Shown here: positions 7,313-16,636 of the stretch, piece after piece
Position numbering within the stretch: position 1 is the first letter of the stretch
How the letters are laid out: every line of letters begins with the position of its first letter
Virus record (IMG/VR): IMGVR_UViG_3300036861_001106
Location: 1-64,000 of that record
Reading direction: 5' to 3' (one strand)
From: a virus
Length of the DNA stretch: 64,000 nt
Notes under the pieces: generated by a model
The model's database searches: none
What the model was told of the DNA's origin: nothing
Seen by the model: the letters and a program-made list of their open reading frames with translations, nothing else
Position numbers and translations under genes: made by a program

Positions 7313-9754
7313 ATGGCACTCTCACCGACCGGTCGCATCCCCAAGTTGCTGTGGTCGGAGCGCTGGCAGGACACGATTCAGCGCATGCGCACCGACAACC
7401 ACGTGTGGTGGCAGCTCCTCAAGGCCAACGCCGAGAAGACTGGCACCGCTGGCCAGCGGTACGGCGACACCGGCCTCTGGGCCACCATCATGTTCCAGGC
7501 CACGGGGGACAGCGCCTACGCCACCCGCGCCCTGACCCTGCTGCGGCCACTCCTCCTGGACACCGCCGTCAAGAGCGCCAACTGGACGCGCTCCAACGGG
7601 GCGGAGCAGGCACTCCTGTTCGACTGGCTCAACCCGGCGCTCACCGGCGCTGACCGGCAGCTCTACATTGCCGCCCTCAACCGGTGGGCTGACCAGGCGA
7701 CGACGAGCCAGTTCTCCCCTAACTTCCCAATCCGCACTGACGACTCCGACCAGACGGTGGGGAACTACTTCCAGTTCGCCCTGCTGGCGGTGGCCACTGC
7801 CGACGACAACCCGCGGGCGCAGGAGTTCCTGAACCGTTCCTACGTGGGGGGGCTCACCCCCACGGCTGCCGACCGCACCTCCCTGCGGAACGCCATCAGC
7901 GAGTACTGCACGAACCTGGCCGTCGGTGGCATGTGGCCGGAGAGCACGCAGTACAACCACGGCACGCTCTCGCTGCTCACCCTCGGCGTTGAGGCCCTGC
8001 GGCCAGCCACCGCCGTGGACTCCTTTCCCGAGGTCACGGCGCTGCTGCCCGCCCTCGCTGCGTCCCAGCTCTTTGAGGTCACGCCTGACCTGGCCCAGCC
8101 CTTCCAGTGGGGGGACAATGAGAACCCCCGTGACCTGCGGCTGTTCCAGTACGTGACCCTCCTGGGCATGCTGCAGGGGGCCACGCAGTCGAGCCCAGGG
8201 CCGGTGAGTGCCTACCTGACCAGCCTCATCGCTGACTTGGTGAGTCGATTCGGTGCCACCGGCTTTGGCTCGGCGGAGCCCTGGGCCCGGCTGTTCCTGT
8301 TCTACAACCCCTACCGGCTGTCAACTGATTGGCGCACTGCCCCCCGCACCTTCTTTGCCCCGGGGCAGGGCATCCTGATTCACCGCCAGGCGGACCAGCC
8401 GGTCACGGGTGCCCTGCTCGGGGCGCACTTCCGGCCCAGGCAGTCCCTGGTGGACCACCAGGTCAAGTACTTCGGGGACTTCCAACTGTACCGCCGTGGC
8501 GAGTGGGCGCTCACGCATCCGATCGGGTACCAGGGGCCGCCCAACCAGGGCGAGGGCACCAACACCATGCTGCACAGTGGGCTCTCAGCCATGGCGGAGC
8601 GGCAGGTCACGGCGCAGGAGTCGAGCAGGGATGGCGCCTACAGCTACCTTGCCGGCACGACGAGCGGTCCCTACTATGCACCGCCCTACTTCAGCGCACC
8701 CGCGTCGTTCATGGACGAGTGGACCCGGTCCCTGCTCTACCTGCCCGGCACGCCCGGCACGCCCGGCACGCCGGTGGGTGCCACCCCAACTGTCGTCACG
8801 CCCGACGTGCTGATTGTCCATGACCGCGTGAACAGCACGCCGATCCGGGCAGTCGACCTCCCGAGGTACCGCGGTGCTGACCAGGCCCGGATCAAGGCAG
8901 CCAAGCACCCGAAGGAGTGGATCATCCACGCGCCGGTCGCACCCACCGTCACCCTCCAGGGGCTGCAGTGGGTCACCACCAAGGGTCAACGGGTGGCGGT
9001 GGACACCCTGCTCCCACTGGGGCAGGAGCGGGAGGTCATCGACGAGGACACCCTGTGGACGGACACCTACCCCAACCCGGCCAAGTCGGAGCAGAAGTGG
9101 CAGGTGCGAGTTGCACCCACCGTGGACGTGCCGCTGGTGAACTTCCTGAACGTCATCCAGGTTGCCGACCCTGCCGGCAGTGGCACGGTGTTCCCTGCCA
9201 GGCTCGTGGGCGACGCTGACGGTGTGCTGGTGGGCGCCTTTGTCGCGCGGCCCAATCAGCAGGCGGTGCTGGCGTTCTTCCCTGCCAATGGACCAAACCT
9301 GCAGGCGACGCGCCTGACCATCCCGCTGAGTCTCCTTGACGAGCGGCAGGTCGACGCCTACGTGGCTGGAATCGACGTCACGCAGGACTGGTTTGCGGCG
9401 GTGGATGGGAGGTTGGTCACGCCCCTGCGGATCTTTGGCTCCAACCTGCTGCGATTCAGCCTTGCGCTCAAGGAGGGCAGCCACACTCTTGAGCTGGGCA
9501 GTGCCGTGCGGTCCTTGACGTTTAAGCTCTTCGCCGAGGGGCTCACCGGTGGGACCAGTTTCTTTCTGGATGGTGAGCAGCGGTTGAGCTTGACCTTTCC
9601 AACCCTTGCAGAGGCCAAGGAGGTTGCTCAGCGTGCGGTGCGGCTGAACCCGCTTTTCACGCTGGTTGTGGAGGACTTGACCACGCCGGGCACTCGCCGG
9701 CTGCACAAGTACACGCTGGTCATGAACTACGCGGTGGAGGAGGTGCCCTTGTGA
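7313..9754 (+). CDS. heparinase II/III-like (polysaccharide lyase-like) protein
   Basis: helical N-half with GMWPESTQY and DW/WGD motifs; beta-rich C-half with HQ...GDFQLYRRG and LIVHDRV. Confidence 0.55.
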   Translation: MALSPTGRIPKLLWSERWQDTIQRMRTDNHVWWQLLKANAEKTGTAGQRYGDTGLWATIMFQATGDSAYATRALTLLRPLLLDTAVKSANWTRSNGAEQALLFDWLNPALTGADRQLYIAALNRWADQATTSQFSPNFPIRTDDSDQTVGNYFQFALLAVATADDNPRAQEFLNRSYVGGLTPTAADRTSLRNAISEYCTNLAVGGMWPESTQYNHGTLSLLTLGVEALRPATAVDSFPEVTALLPALAASQLFEVTPDLAQPFQWGDNENPRDLRLFQYVTLLGMLQGATQSSPGPVSAYLTSLIADLVSRFGATGFGSAEPWARLFLFYNPYRLSTDWRTAPRTFFAPGQGILIHRQADQPVTGALLGAHFRPRQSLVDHQVKYFGDFQLYRRGEWALTHPIGYQGPPNQGEGTNTMLHSGLSAMAERQVTAQESSRDGAYSYLAGTTSGPYYAPPYFSAPASFMDEWTRSLLYLPGTPGTPGTPVGATPTVVTPDVLIVHDRVNSTPIRAVDLPRYRGADQARIKAAKHPKEWIIHAPVAPTVTLQGLQWVTTKGQRVAVDTLLPLGQEREVIDEDTLWTDTYPNPAKSEQKWQVRVAPTVDVPLVNFLNVIQVADPAGSGTVFPARLVGDADGVLVGAFVARPNQQAVLAFFPANGPNLQATRLTIPLSLLDERQVDAYVAGIDVTQDWFAAVDGRLVTPLRIFGSNLLRFSLALKEGSHTLELGSAVRSLTFKLFAEGLTGGTSFFLDGEQRLSLTFPTLAEAKEVAQRAVRLNPLFTLVVEDLTTPGTRRLHKYTLVMNYAVEEVPL

Positions 9755-9936
9755 GCGAGGAGCTGTTCTACCGCCTGACCCCCGAGGGAATTGCTTTGCT
9801 TGAGCGCGCCGAGGCCGAGGCTGCGCGCACTGGGCGCAGCTTCGAGGATGCGTTGCAAGAGTATCTCATCAAACTTGAGGAGACAGCACTCAAGAGAGTG
9901 CCCGCCGCAAAGAAGGAGGAGATTGAGGATGAGTGA
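9751..9936 (+). CDS. small putative DNA-binding protein (RHH-like)
   Basis: strand-helix-helix pattern, EAARTGRSFEDALQEYL. Confidence 0.4.
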   Translation: MSEELFYRLTPEGIALLERAEAEAARTGRSFEDALQEYLIKLEETALKRVPAAKKEEIEDE

Positions 9937-10567
9937 CAATGCGACAGCGCCCCCCACGCTGCGTGAGAAGCTGGCTGCGCTGTGCCATGAGCAGTGGCGG
10001 GCGTGGATGAACAGTCTTGCCAGTTGCACGCCTGCGGAGACGCACCTGTGGCAGCAGCAGCTCTGGCTGGCCTACGCTGACCTCACGGAGGCGATGAAGG
10101 AATCTGCCCGTGCCGCGGCTGACAAGTTCATTGGCCTGTTCATGGCAGAGCTGACGGAGTCTGACGGGGGGAAGCGGGAGTTCTTCGAGCTGATGGCCGC
10201 CACAGTCGCTGACTACGAGCGCAACCAGCAGTGCGGCGGGGTCCTTGACTTCAAGTGTGGCCTCAAGGATGCGATCCTTGCTTGGCGGGACGCAGAGATG
10301 ACAGCGTGCACCGCCCGCCTCCGTGCCGAGGAGGTGCTGGCCGAGGCCACCCTGGAGGCCAGCAGGCCTGACTTCGCACCCGATGGCGCAAAGTTGACCA
10401 ATGAGGCAGCGCGCAGGGCCTGGGCCACCAAGACCTGCGTGGATGAGGTCATGGAGGCTGACGTCCTGGAGGCGCGGGCGCAGGCGTTGCGCTACTGGGT
10501 GGAGGCGCTGGTTGGCCCTGCCGGCCAGCCGCGATTGATTCATGAAGTGCCGGAGGAGCCACGTTGA
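9929..10567 (+). CDS. hypothetical helical protein
   Basis: AGGAGG SD; REKLAALCHEQW...AYADLTE N-terminal motif seen in phage proteins. Confidence 0.65.
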   Translation: MSDNATAPPTLREKLAALCHEQWRAWMNSLASCTPAETHLWQQQLWLAYADLTEAMKESARAAADKFIGLFMAELTESDGGKREFFELMAATVADYERNQQCGGVLDFKCGLKDAILAWRDAEMTACTARLRAEEVLAEATLEASRPDFAPDGAKLTNEAARRAWATKTCVDEVMEADVLEARAQALRYWVEALVGPAGQPRLIHEVPEEPR

Positions 10568-10842
10568 GCCGAACAATCTGGAAGTACCCCCTCCCGGCTA
10601 AATACTACGGGGATTTTGAGCTTGAGCTGCCGGATGGCGCGGTTTTTCTGAGCCTTCAGGTTCAGCGCGGGGTGCCCTGTCTCTGGGCCATGGTGGATCC
10701 GAGTGCGCCCAAGGTGAGGGAGACCTTCAAGTGGTTGCTCACGGGGGATGAGGTGCCAACCGGCACTGACTGGGGCTACGTGGGTCTTGTTCAGCTCCAT
10801 GACGGTGGCCTTGTCGTGCACCTGTGGAGGATGTTCCGTTGA
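10564..10842 (+). CDS. conserved phage protein (IWKYPL...LWA family)
   Basis: RTIWKYPL...LELPDGAVFLSLQVQ...CLWAMVD. Confidence 0.7.
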   Translation: MSRTIWKYPLPAKYYGDFELELPDGAVFLSLQVQRGVPCLWAMVDPSAPKVRETFKWLLTGDEVPTGTDWGYVGLVQLHDGGLVVHLWRMFR

Positions 10843-11825
10843 GCGCCTTCCTTGAGTCCCTGGTCCTGCCCGTGCTCACCGAGGCCACCGTCGCCGCCGC
10901 CATTGCCGCCGCCAGTGTGCGGGGGCGCGGGGACAATGACCTCGCGGACCAGCTTGCCACCGAGGCAATGCGGGAGGTCCTGAATGCACGCCTGCCCTGC
11001 GCCGCCGTCGTCGTCGCGGGGGAGGGGGGGCGCACCGACTCGCCGCGCCTGGAGGCGGGTGAGGAGCTTGGTCATGGTGACTTCAACGACCCCGTCCTGC
11101 AGCTCGTCGTGGACCCCCTGGAGGCGACCCGCTGCTGCGCCCGGGGGGAGCCGGGGTCCATCTCAATGCTCGCCGCCGCCTTCGAGGGGGAGGGCGCCTT
11201 CCACGTCGGCCCGGACACCTACCTGGAGAAGGTCGTGCTCGCCGCTGACCTGGCGGCGCGGCTGGATGTCCTGCGGCACCAGGTGGAGGTGCAGTTCCCG
11301 GACCAGGCCTCGCAGCACCTGCTTGACCTGCCGCTGTCCAAGGTCGTGGACTGGCTCGCCTGGGCGCGCCAGAAGGAGCGGGCGCACGTGACGACGATGC
11401 TCCTGGACCGGGAGCGCAACGTGCTGGCGATCAAGTTCCTGCAGGAGCTGAACTCCCAGGTGCGGCTCATCCGCGACGGGGACGCCGTGGCAGCCCTGCT
11501 GGCCCTGGACCGCACGAGTGGCGTGGATCTTGCACTTGGAATCGGTGGAGCACCGGAAGCCCTGATTGCCGCCGCCGTGACCCGCGTGTTCGGTGGGCAC
11601 GCCGAGTTTCGCTGGTGGGATGCGGCGAGTACCGGGCCGAAGCCAATCTACACTGCCGAGCAGCTTGCCTCGGGGCACGTCATGTTCGCGATGACCGGCG
11701 TGACCAGCAACGAGGTGCTGAGGGGGGTCAGGTATCGGCGTGGCCTCCCGGTCACGGATTCAATCTGCGGAAGTAGCCGCACTGGCGTGATTTCACGGAT
11801 TGAGCGGGAGGTGCATGTCAGGTGA
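10839..11825 (+). CDS. glpX: class II fructose-1,6-bisphosphatase
   Basis: GRGD..AD, GEG, DPLEAT, YLEK, LDR.R, DGD, GIGGAPE and TGVT motifs in the canonical order. Confidence 0.9.
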   Translation: MSAFLESLVLPVLTEATVAAAIAAASVRGRGDNDLADQLATEAMREVLNARLPCAAVVVAGEGGRTDSPRLEAGEELGHGDFNDPVLQLVVDPLEATRCCARGEPGSISMLAAAFEGEGAFHVGPDTYLEKVVLAADLAARLDVLRHQVEVQFPDQASQHLLDLPLSKVVDWLAWARQKERAHVTTMLLDRERNVLAIKFLQELNSQVRLIRDGDAVAALLALDRTSGVDLALGIGGAPEALIAAAVTRVFGGHAEFRWWDAASTGPKPIYTAEQLASGHVMFAMTGVTSNEVLRGVRYRRGLPVTDSICGSSRTGVISRIEREVHVR

Positions 11826-12226
11826 GAGAGTGGGCGGTGAGCAGAGTTTGCGCTGAGCAGTGTCGGCACTGCCTGTTTGGTTCTGATCCGGTGCCTGGCG
11901 TTGGGAAGGCAGCCGCTTGGCTGGCGCAACTTTACCGCGCTGTTGGGCACCGCCGAGTGCCAGCAGCCGGCTTTCTGTGCCATCGCTTCACTGACCGCAA
12001 TCAGGAGGTGGTGTGTCGCGGTTGGTGGGATCGACGGTGGCGCTTTGGTTGGCGGCAGTGCGATGAGGAACAGGATGCCCACCTGGTCACCTTCGTGCCG
12101 CTCCCGCCGTACAGCTCCGCGGACCAGACTGACTGGACCGTGGAGAACGTCCCGCACCTCCGAGAATCGTTCGACTTTCGCATCGACGAGTCTGACTCGT
12201 CTGGGAGGACTGATGAGACTTCGTAA
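11822..12226 (+). CDS. Cys/His Zn-binding hypothetical protein
   Basis: C..QCRHCLF...FLCH...VCRGW. Confidence 0.55.
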   Translation: MREWAVSRVCAEQCRHCLFGSDPVPGVGKAAAWLAQLYRAVGHRRVPAAGFLCHRFTDRNQEVVCRGWWDRRWRFGWRQCDEEQDAHLVTFVPLPPYSSADQTDWTVENVPHLRESFDFRIDESDSSGRTDETS

Positions 12227-12644
12227 CCTCTGGCCCGTGCTTGCCGTCCTGGCGACCCTGCTCCTGACGCTGACCATCCCTGGGCACGCCAGCCCGCTCC
12301 AGTACGAGGGCAACCTGGAGCTGCGCTCCCCCGTGTGGGCCTCGCGGCACCTGAACAACGGCCACGACTTCGAGCCGCGCATCCAGCAGTTGGACCTGGC
12401 AGGCAACGTGCGGTTCTTCTCCCCGGGGTCACGGTTCGCTGCGTGGGTCAGCGGGGAGCACAGCTTCAGCCGTGGGTTCTTCGTCCACGAGAACAAGATG
12501 CGAACAGGCCTTGACCTGAGACTTGGACCCGGAAAGAATCCGGGCTCCCTCACCTTGTTTTCCTTCTGGGAAAGGAGATTCGACATCGACGTTGACAGAG
12601 TGTTCGTGGGCGTGCGTGTCGGGTTCCATGGTGACATGGACTAA
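12213..12644 (+). CDS. exported, probable small outer-membrane beta-barrel protein
   Basis: signal peptide ending GHA; alternating beta strands; terminal VFVGVRVGF. Confidence 0.55.
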   Translation: MRLRNLWPVLAVLATLLLTLTIPGHASPLQYEGNLELRSPVWASRHLNNGHDFEPRIQQLDLAGNVRFFSPGSRFAAWVSGEHSFSRGFFVHENKMRTGLDLRLGPGKNPGSLTLFSFWERRFDIDVDRVFVGVRVGFHGDMD

Positions 12645-12654
12645 GTGATTGGCT

Positions 12655-12700
12655 GGTAGGTAGGCGAATATTTGCCTACCTACCAACAAGGAAGTAAAAT
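12655..12700 (+). promoter_or_regulatory. inverted repeat overlapping a promoter-like element upstream of the HNH
   Basis: TGGTAGGTAGGC...GCCTACCTACCA; TTGCCT(12672)-17-TAAAAT(12695). Confidence 0.5.
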
Positions 12701-13205
12701 GGCAGGGAAAAGGGGTGTTCGAGGAGGGGCTCCTCAAAGCGTCGGCGATCTTTTGCTCAGAATTTCCATTTTGGAGTTTGATGAAACGTCAGAACGGCAT
12801 CCATCTTGCCCAAAGACAGGTTGTTGGGCAATCGATATAAAGCCTGCAAAGAATGGCTACTGCCAAGTACGAGTCAGTGGCGAACGAGGTCCTGTTCACA
12901 GGTTTGTTTATGAGTACTTTGTTGGAGCAGTGCCTGAGGGGAACGATCTGGATCACCTTTGTAGGAATCGGAGCTGCTGCAACTTCGAGCACTTGGAATC
13001 CGTTTCACGGCAGGTCAATCTGCTTCGGGGCAAAACGGTCACTGCTCGAAATGCCGCCGCAACTCACTGCCCACAGGGGCATCCTTACTCCGGGGATAAT
13101 CTTTACCTCTGGACCAAGAAGGGGCACCGGTTCTGCAAAGTTTGTCAGCGCGCTAACCAGTTGCGTCAGCGGGCTCGTAGGCGCGCTCTTCGTCAGCAGG
13201 ATTGA
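12699..13205 (+). CDS. HNH homing endonuclease, same family as 137-670
   Basis: VHRFVYE, DLDHLCRNRSCCNFEHLE, THCPQGHPYSGDN; lower GC than flanks. Confidence 0.9.
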   Translation: MAGKRGVRGGAPQSVGDLLLRISILEFDETSERHPSCPKTGCWAIDIKPAKNGYCQVRVSGERGPVHRFVYEYFVGAVPEGNDLDHLCRNRSCCNFEHLESVSRQVNLLRGKTVTARNAAATHCPQGHPYSGDNLYLWTKKGHRFCKVCQRANQLRQRARRRALRQQD

Positions 13206-13342
13206 GGCTGATGCCAGCCCAGACTGGCGAGCCCGAGGGCCGCCCGTCAGCAACCCTTGAAGTCGAGAGTTGTCAACGGGTCCCGTCACCACTCTGCGTC
13301 GTCCAGGTGGCGGGGCCATTCAAGTCACGAGGAGGAGAAGAG

Positions 13343-13711
13343 ATGAGATTTCTCGGACGGCTACTGCTGCTGGCTGGCGTCGCGGCTGCGCTGGCCCTCC
13401 TGCTGCTGCCCCGCATTGCCCACGCTGGCGCCGTGGGTGGGCAGAAGTGGAAGGAGGACACCGTCCTGGGCAGCGACACTGACTTCTACCGAGTCAGCTT
13501 CGAGGCCAATGAGCCTGCTGCAGTCCTGGTTGCCGGCGACGGCGACCTGGACGTCTACATCTACGATGCGGGTGGGCACCTGGTCGTCCAGGACACGCGC
13601 TCCCACCACTACGCGTCGTGCAGTTGGACCCCGCGCTGGACGGGGGCGTTCACCATCAAGGTCAAGAACTGCACCTCCAGTGACGTTGATTACCTGCTCA
13701 CGACCAACTGA
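13343..13711 (+). CDS. exported PPC-like (pre-peptidase C-terminal) domain protein
   Basis: signal peptide ending AHA; GDGDLDVYIYD...WTPRWTGAFTIKVKN. Confidence 0.7.
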   Translation: MRFLGRLLLLAGVAAALALLLLPRIAHAGAVGGQKWKEDTVLGSDTDFYRVSFEANEPAAVLVAGDGDLDVYIYDAGGHLVVQDTRSHHYASCSWTPRWTGAFTIKVKNCTSSDVDYLLTTN

Positions 13712-13745
13712 GCAGGTGCCGGTGGGTGGCGGAGGAGGCACAGGC

Positions 13746-14141
13746 GTGGTCACGCTGGCGTCCGTGAGCCCAGTCCCTGCCAAGCCTGTCCTCACCCGTG
13801 CGGAGCTGCTCGTGGCAGCCCGCGCCGCCGCCGCGTGGCCGCTGGGCTGCAACGCCGCCACGCGGTGGTTCAGCAGTCCTCAGGCTGCAGCCGCCTGCAG
13901 CTACCCGCACCCGGTGCAGGTGGCGCTGGCACGCCGCTGGGGCTGCCCTGCCGTGGCGGTGACCGCCTACCGCGGTCACCTCCGCGGCGACCCAACCGTC
14001 CCATGGCCCGAGGTGTGGGCGGTGCAGGTGGTCCTCATTGCCCTGGTGCGCGTGGGCGACCTGCGCCTCAATGAGGCACTGACCCAAGTTCCAGCGCTGG
14101 TGGCGCAGGTCCTGCAGGACCTGGCTGCTGCCCAGTGCTGA
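13746..14141 (+). CDS. hypothetical protein
   Basis: GGAGGAGG SD, GTG start. Confidence 0.5.
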   Translation: MVTLASVSPVPAKPVLTRAELLVAARAAAAWPLGCNAATRWFSSPQAAAACSYPHPVQVALARRWGCPAVAVTAYRGHLRGDPTVPWPEVWAVQVVLIALVRVGDLRLNEALTQVPALVAQVLQDLAAAQC

Positions 14142-14166
14142 CGACAAGTGCGAAAGGACAAGAACC

Positions 14167-14706
14167 GTGCGAATCAAAGCTGTGCTGCTGGCCGTGTTTG
14201 GTCTCCTCTGCATGCTCACTGCGCCACGCGCTGAGGCGAACACCTACGGGACCTGGGGCCTCTATGGCGACCGCTACTGGCAGGTGATGGCGAACGTGAT
14301 AAACCCCCTCAATGGGGCCACCTACACCACCTATGGGGGCACTTACGTGTACGTGCCACACAGCGGCAACTACGAGAACCGACTGCAGAACTCGAATGCG
14401 GAGGGGATGAGTCCCCACTTCTACACCCTGGTCGGGAGCCTTCAGCGGTACGACCGCGGTTTTGCCTACTGGCGCTACTTCAACGACGAGATTCGCGGCT
14501 ACACCCAGCCGTCGCAGCCGCAGGCAGCCTGGAGTGTCTACGGCTGGCGGAACCCGCCAACAGACAACTACTGGGACTACGTCTCCGTCAGCCCGCCGAA
14601 CACCTGGAACCTCTGCGATGCCATCACACACGCGACCGACCATGCCATCGGCTACGTCTCGCGTAGCATCTCGGAGCGCCAGTATTACAAGACGATAAGG
14701 CAGTAG
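14167..14706 (+). CDS. exported Tyr/Trp-rich protein
   Basis: AAAGGA SD; signal peptide ending AEA. Confidence 0.7.
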   Translation: MRIKAVLLAVFGLLCMLTAPRAEANTYGTWGLYGDRYWQVMANVINPLNGATYTTYGGTYVYVPHSGNYENRLQNSNAEGMSPHFYTLVGSLQRYDRGFAYWRYFNDEIRGYTQPSQPQAAWSVYGWRNPPTDNYWDYVSVSPPNTWNLCDAITHATDHAIGYVSRSISERQYYKTIRQ

Positions 14707-14721
14707 GGACGCAACAAACCG

Positions 14722-15813
14722 ATGAGACTTGCGACGCTCCTCGTCGCGCTGCTTGCCACGGCACCCGCCGTGGCGGCAGCGCCCCTCACAGAATCCACCC
14801 AGGCGGTGGAGGTGATGACCGTGGCCGACGTGCGTCTTGACCAGTCAATCACCCTCACGGAGCCTGGGGACAGCCTGCGTGCTGTCCTTGAGCGTCTCAC
14901 CAGGACGACCAAGGTTGAGCTGTTTGCTGACCGGCCCATGTGCAACGTCGTCGTCGTGGCCCGCTACACCGGTCCTCTCCGGGGGTTCATGGCGGCGCTC
15001 ACCCAGCTCTTTGCTGTGGACCGGGACCACCCCGCCTGGTGGTTCCCAACGCTTGCTGGCCAGTACCGCCTGCAGCGCCCCGCCCAGGCCACCCGCGCCC
15101 TGCAGGAGCTGCGCGCCGCGCGCCGCGCGGCCGTGGCCCAGGGCCTCGACCAGGCAATCCGTGACGGTAACCGTTGGGTCAGGCCCCTGGGGCAGCTCAC
15201 GGACGCCCAGCGTGCCCAGCTCTACGCGGGGCAGCCCCTGGCGTTGCATGCCAGCTACTTCGGCGGCCGGCCGTTTCTGCGGGCGATGCTCGGAGAGAAT
15301 GCTCCGGGGTGGGGAGACGACGTGGCCGTCACGTTCCAGGTCATCGGTGCCTCTCCCGTTGGCGGTGGCTTCCAGTGGACACTGGTGGAGACGATGGCGG
15401 GGGGGGCGAGCCAGTACACGACGGAGGGCGTGCGGTTGGCCACGCTCTGTCCAAGCCTCGCGCCCGCACAGCAACAGGTGGAGTGGCGGCAGCGGTTTGG
15501 AACTCCGGTGCCCACCACCGGGCCGCCGGTGCGGTTCACCCAGCCGGGGGACCCACCCCTCACCTCCGCCCTCCTGCGGCGCACTGCTCTGCTGCGCATC
15601 GCAGAGCGCGCCCAGGTGAACCTGCTGGCTGATGATGCGGAGCAGGTTCTGGATGCAGGGGCATTTAATGCGGGAGAGCAGGCCTTACCCGCCCTGCTCA
15701 GCGCAGCGTGCGCGCCGAGCTACCTCCCCGATCATGAATCGCCCGGGTCCTTCTGGCGCAAGCACGGGGACGTCTACCTCGTGCGCAGCCTTGCGTGGCC
15801 CGAGGAGGAGTAG
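14722..15813 (+). CDS. exported protein with STN/secretin-N-like segments
   Basis: signal peptide; DVRLDQSITL...LRAVLERLTRTTKVEL and IAERAQVNLLAD segments. Confidence 0.6.
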   Translation: MRLATLLVALLATAPAVAAAPLTESTQAVEVMTVADVRLDQSITLTEPGDSLRAVLERLTRTTKVELFADRPMCNVVVVARYTGPLRGFMAALTQLFAVDRDHPAWWFPTLAGQYRLQRPAQATRALQELRAARRAAVAQGLDQAIRDGNRWVRPLGQLTDAQRAQLYAGQPLALHASYFGGRPFLRAMLGENAPGWGDDVAVTFQVIGASPVGGGFQWTLVETMAGGASQYTTEGVRLATLCPSLAPAQQQVEWRQRFGTPVPTTGPPVRFTQPGDPPLTSALLRRTALLRIAERAQVNLLADDAEQVLDAGAFNAGEQALPALLSAACAPSYLPDHESPGSFWRKHGDVYLVRSLAWPEEE

Positions 15814-15815
15814 AG

Positions 15816-15989
15816 ATGCGAACCTGGATCGTGACAACGTCGATCATTGCTTGTTTGCCATTTGGCTGGGGACTTGCGGAATTCTTGGATCCCAATGGCA
15901 ACCTGCACACTGCCGCATCCTGCTTCCTGTTCGCAACGGTTGTCGCCCTGCTTGGGTTGTGGGGACCCTACCTCGCAGGGAAGGAGTAG
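15816..15989 (+). CDS. small two-TM membrane protein
   Basis: two hydrophobic segments. Confidence 0.55.
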   Translation: MRTWIVTTSIIACLPFGWGLAEFLDPNGNLHTAASCFLFATVVALLGLWGPYLAGKE

Positions 15990-16005
15990 GACCGGAGGGA
16001 CGCGG

Positions 16006-16632
16006 TTGAAGCTGATAACGCCAACGACCCTGACGCCGCACGAGGAGGAGGCGCACCTCCGTCAACTTGCGGGCCTCATCAACGAGGCGGTGCGGGTGTA
16101 CCGCCGGAAGCTGCCCGAGGGTATCTCAACCGAGGAGCTGCGGGGGGAGGTGCAACTGGCTGTGCTGCAGGCCGTGCGGACCTGGCGCCCTGACGGCGGG
16201 GCCTCCCTGGAGGTGTGGTGTCGGCTGTTGATCAAGCGTCACCTGCAGCACAGTGGGCGCAAATTCATCTGCAGCGTCTACCGGGGGTGGGGTGTCGCTC
16301 GGTTGGCAGCAGGGGACTTACCGGTGACGCTGTCCCTGGATTCGCCTCACGCACCTGGGGTCGATGGTGACGAACGAACTGTGGATGACTTCATCCCAGT
16401 GGTTGAGGACGTGGCCACCGTGGTCCTGGCGAAGGTCGAGGCTGAGCGGATCCTGGCGCTCGTGCATCGGCTTCCTGTGCAGCAGCGCAGCGCGGTGGTG
16501 CTGCGCTTTGGCTTCGACGGGGCAGGCATGCGCACCCAGGCGGAGGTGGCCGCACTCATGGGCGTGTCGCAGATGGAGGTGTCCCGGCGGCTGCGCCGGG
16601 CCCTCCAGGACCTGCGGTCCAGCTTGGAGTAA
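16006..16632 (+). CDS. sigma70-family sigma factor
   Basis: region 2 (EELRGEVQLAVLQAVRTWRPDGGASL) and region 4 (LRFGFD...TQAEVAALMGVSQMEVSR). Confidence 0.88.
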   Translation: MKLITPTTLTPHEEEAHLRQLAGLINEAVRVYRRKLPEGISTEELRGEVQLAVLQAVRTWRPDGGASLEVWCRLLIKRHLQHSGRKFICSVYRGWGVARLAAGDLPVTLSLDSPHAPGVDGDERTVDDFIPVVEDVATVVLAKVEAERILALVHRLPVQQRSAVVLRFGFDGAGMRTQAEVAALMGVSQMEVSRRLRRALQDLRSSLE

Positions 16633-16636
16633 CGTG

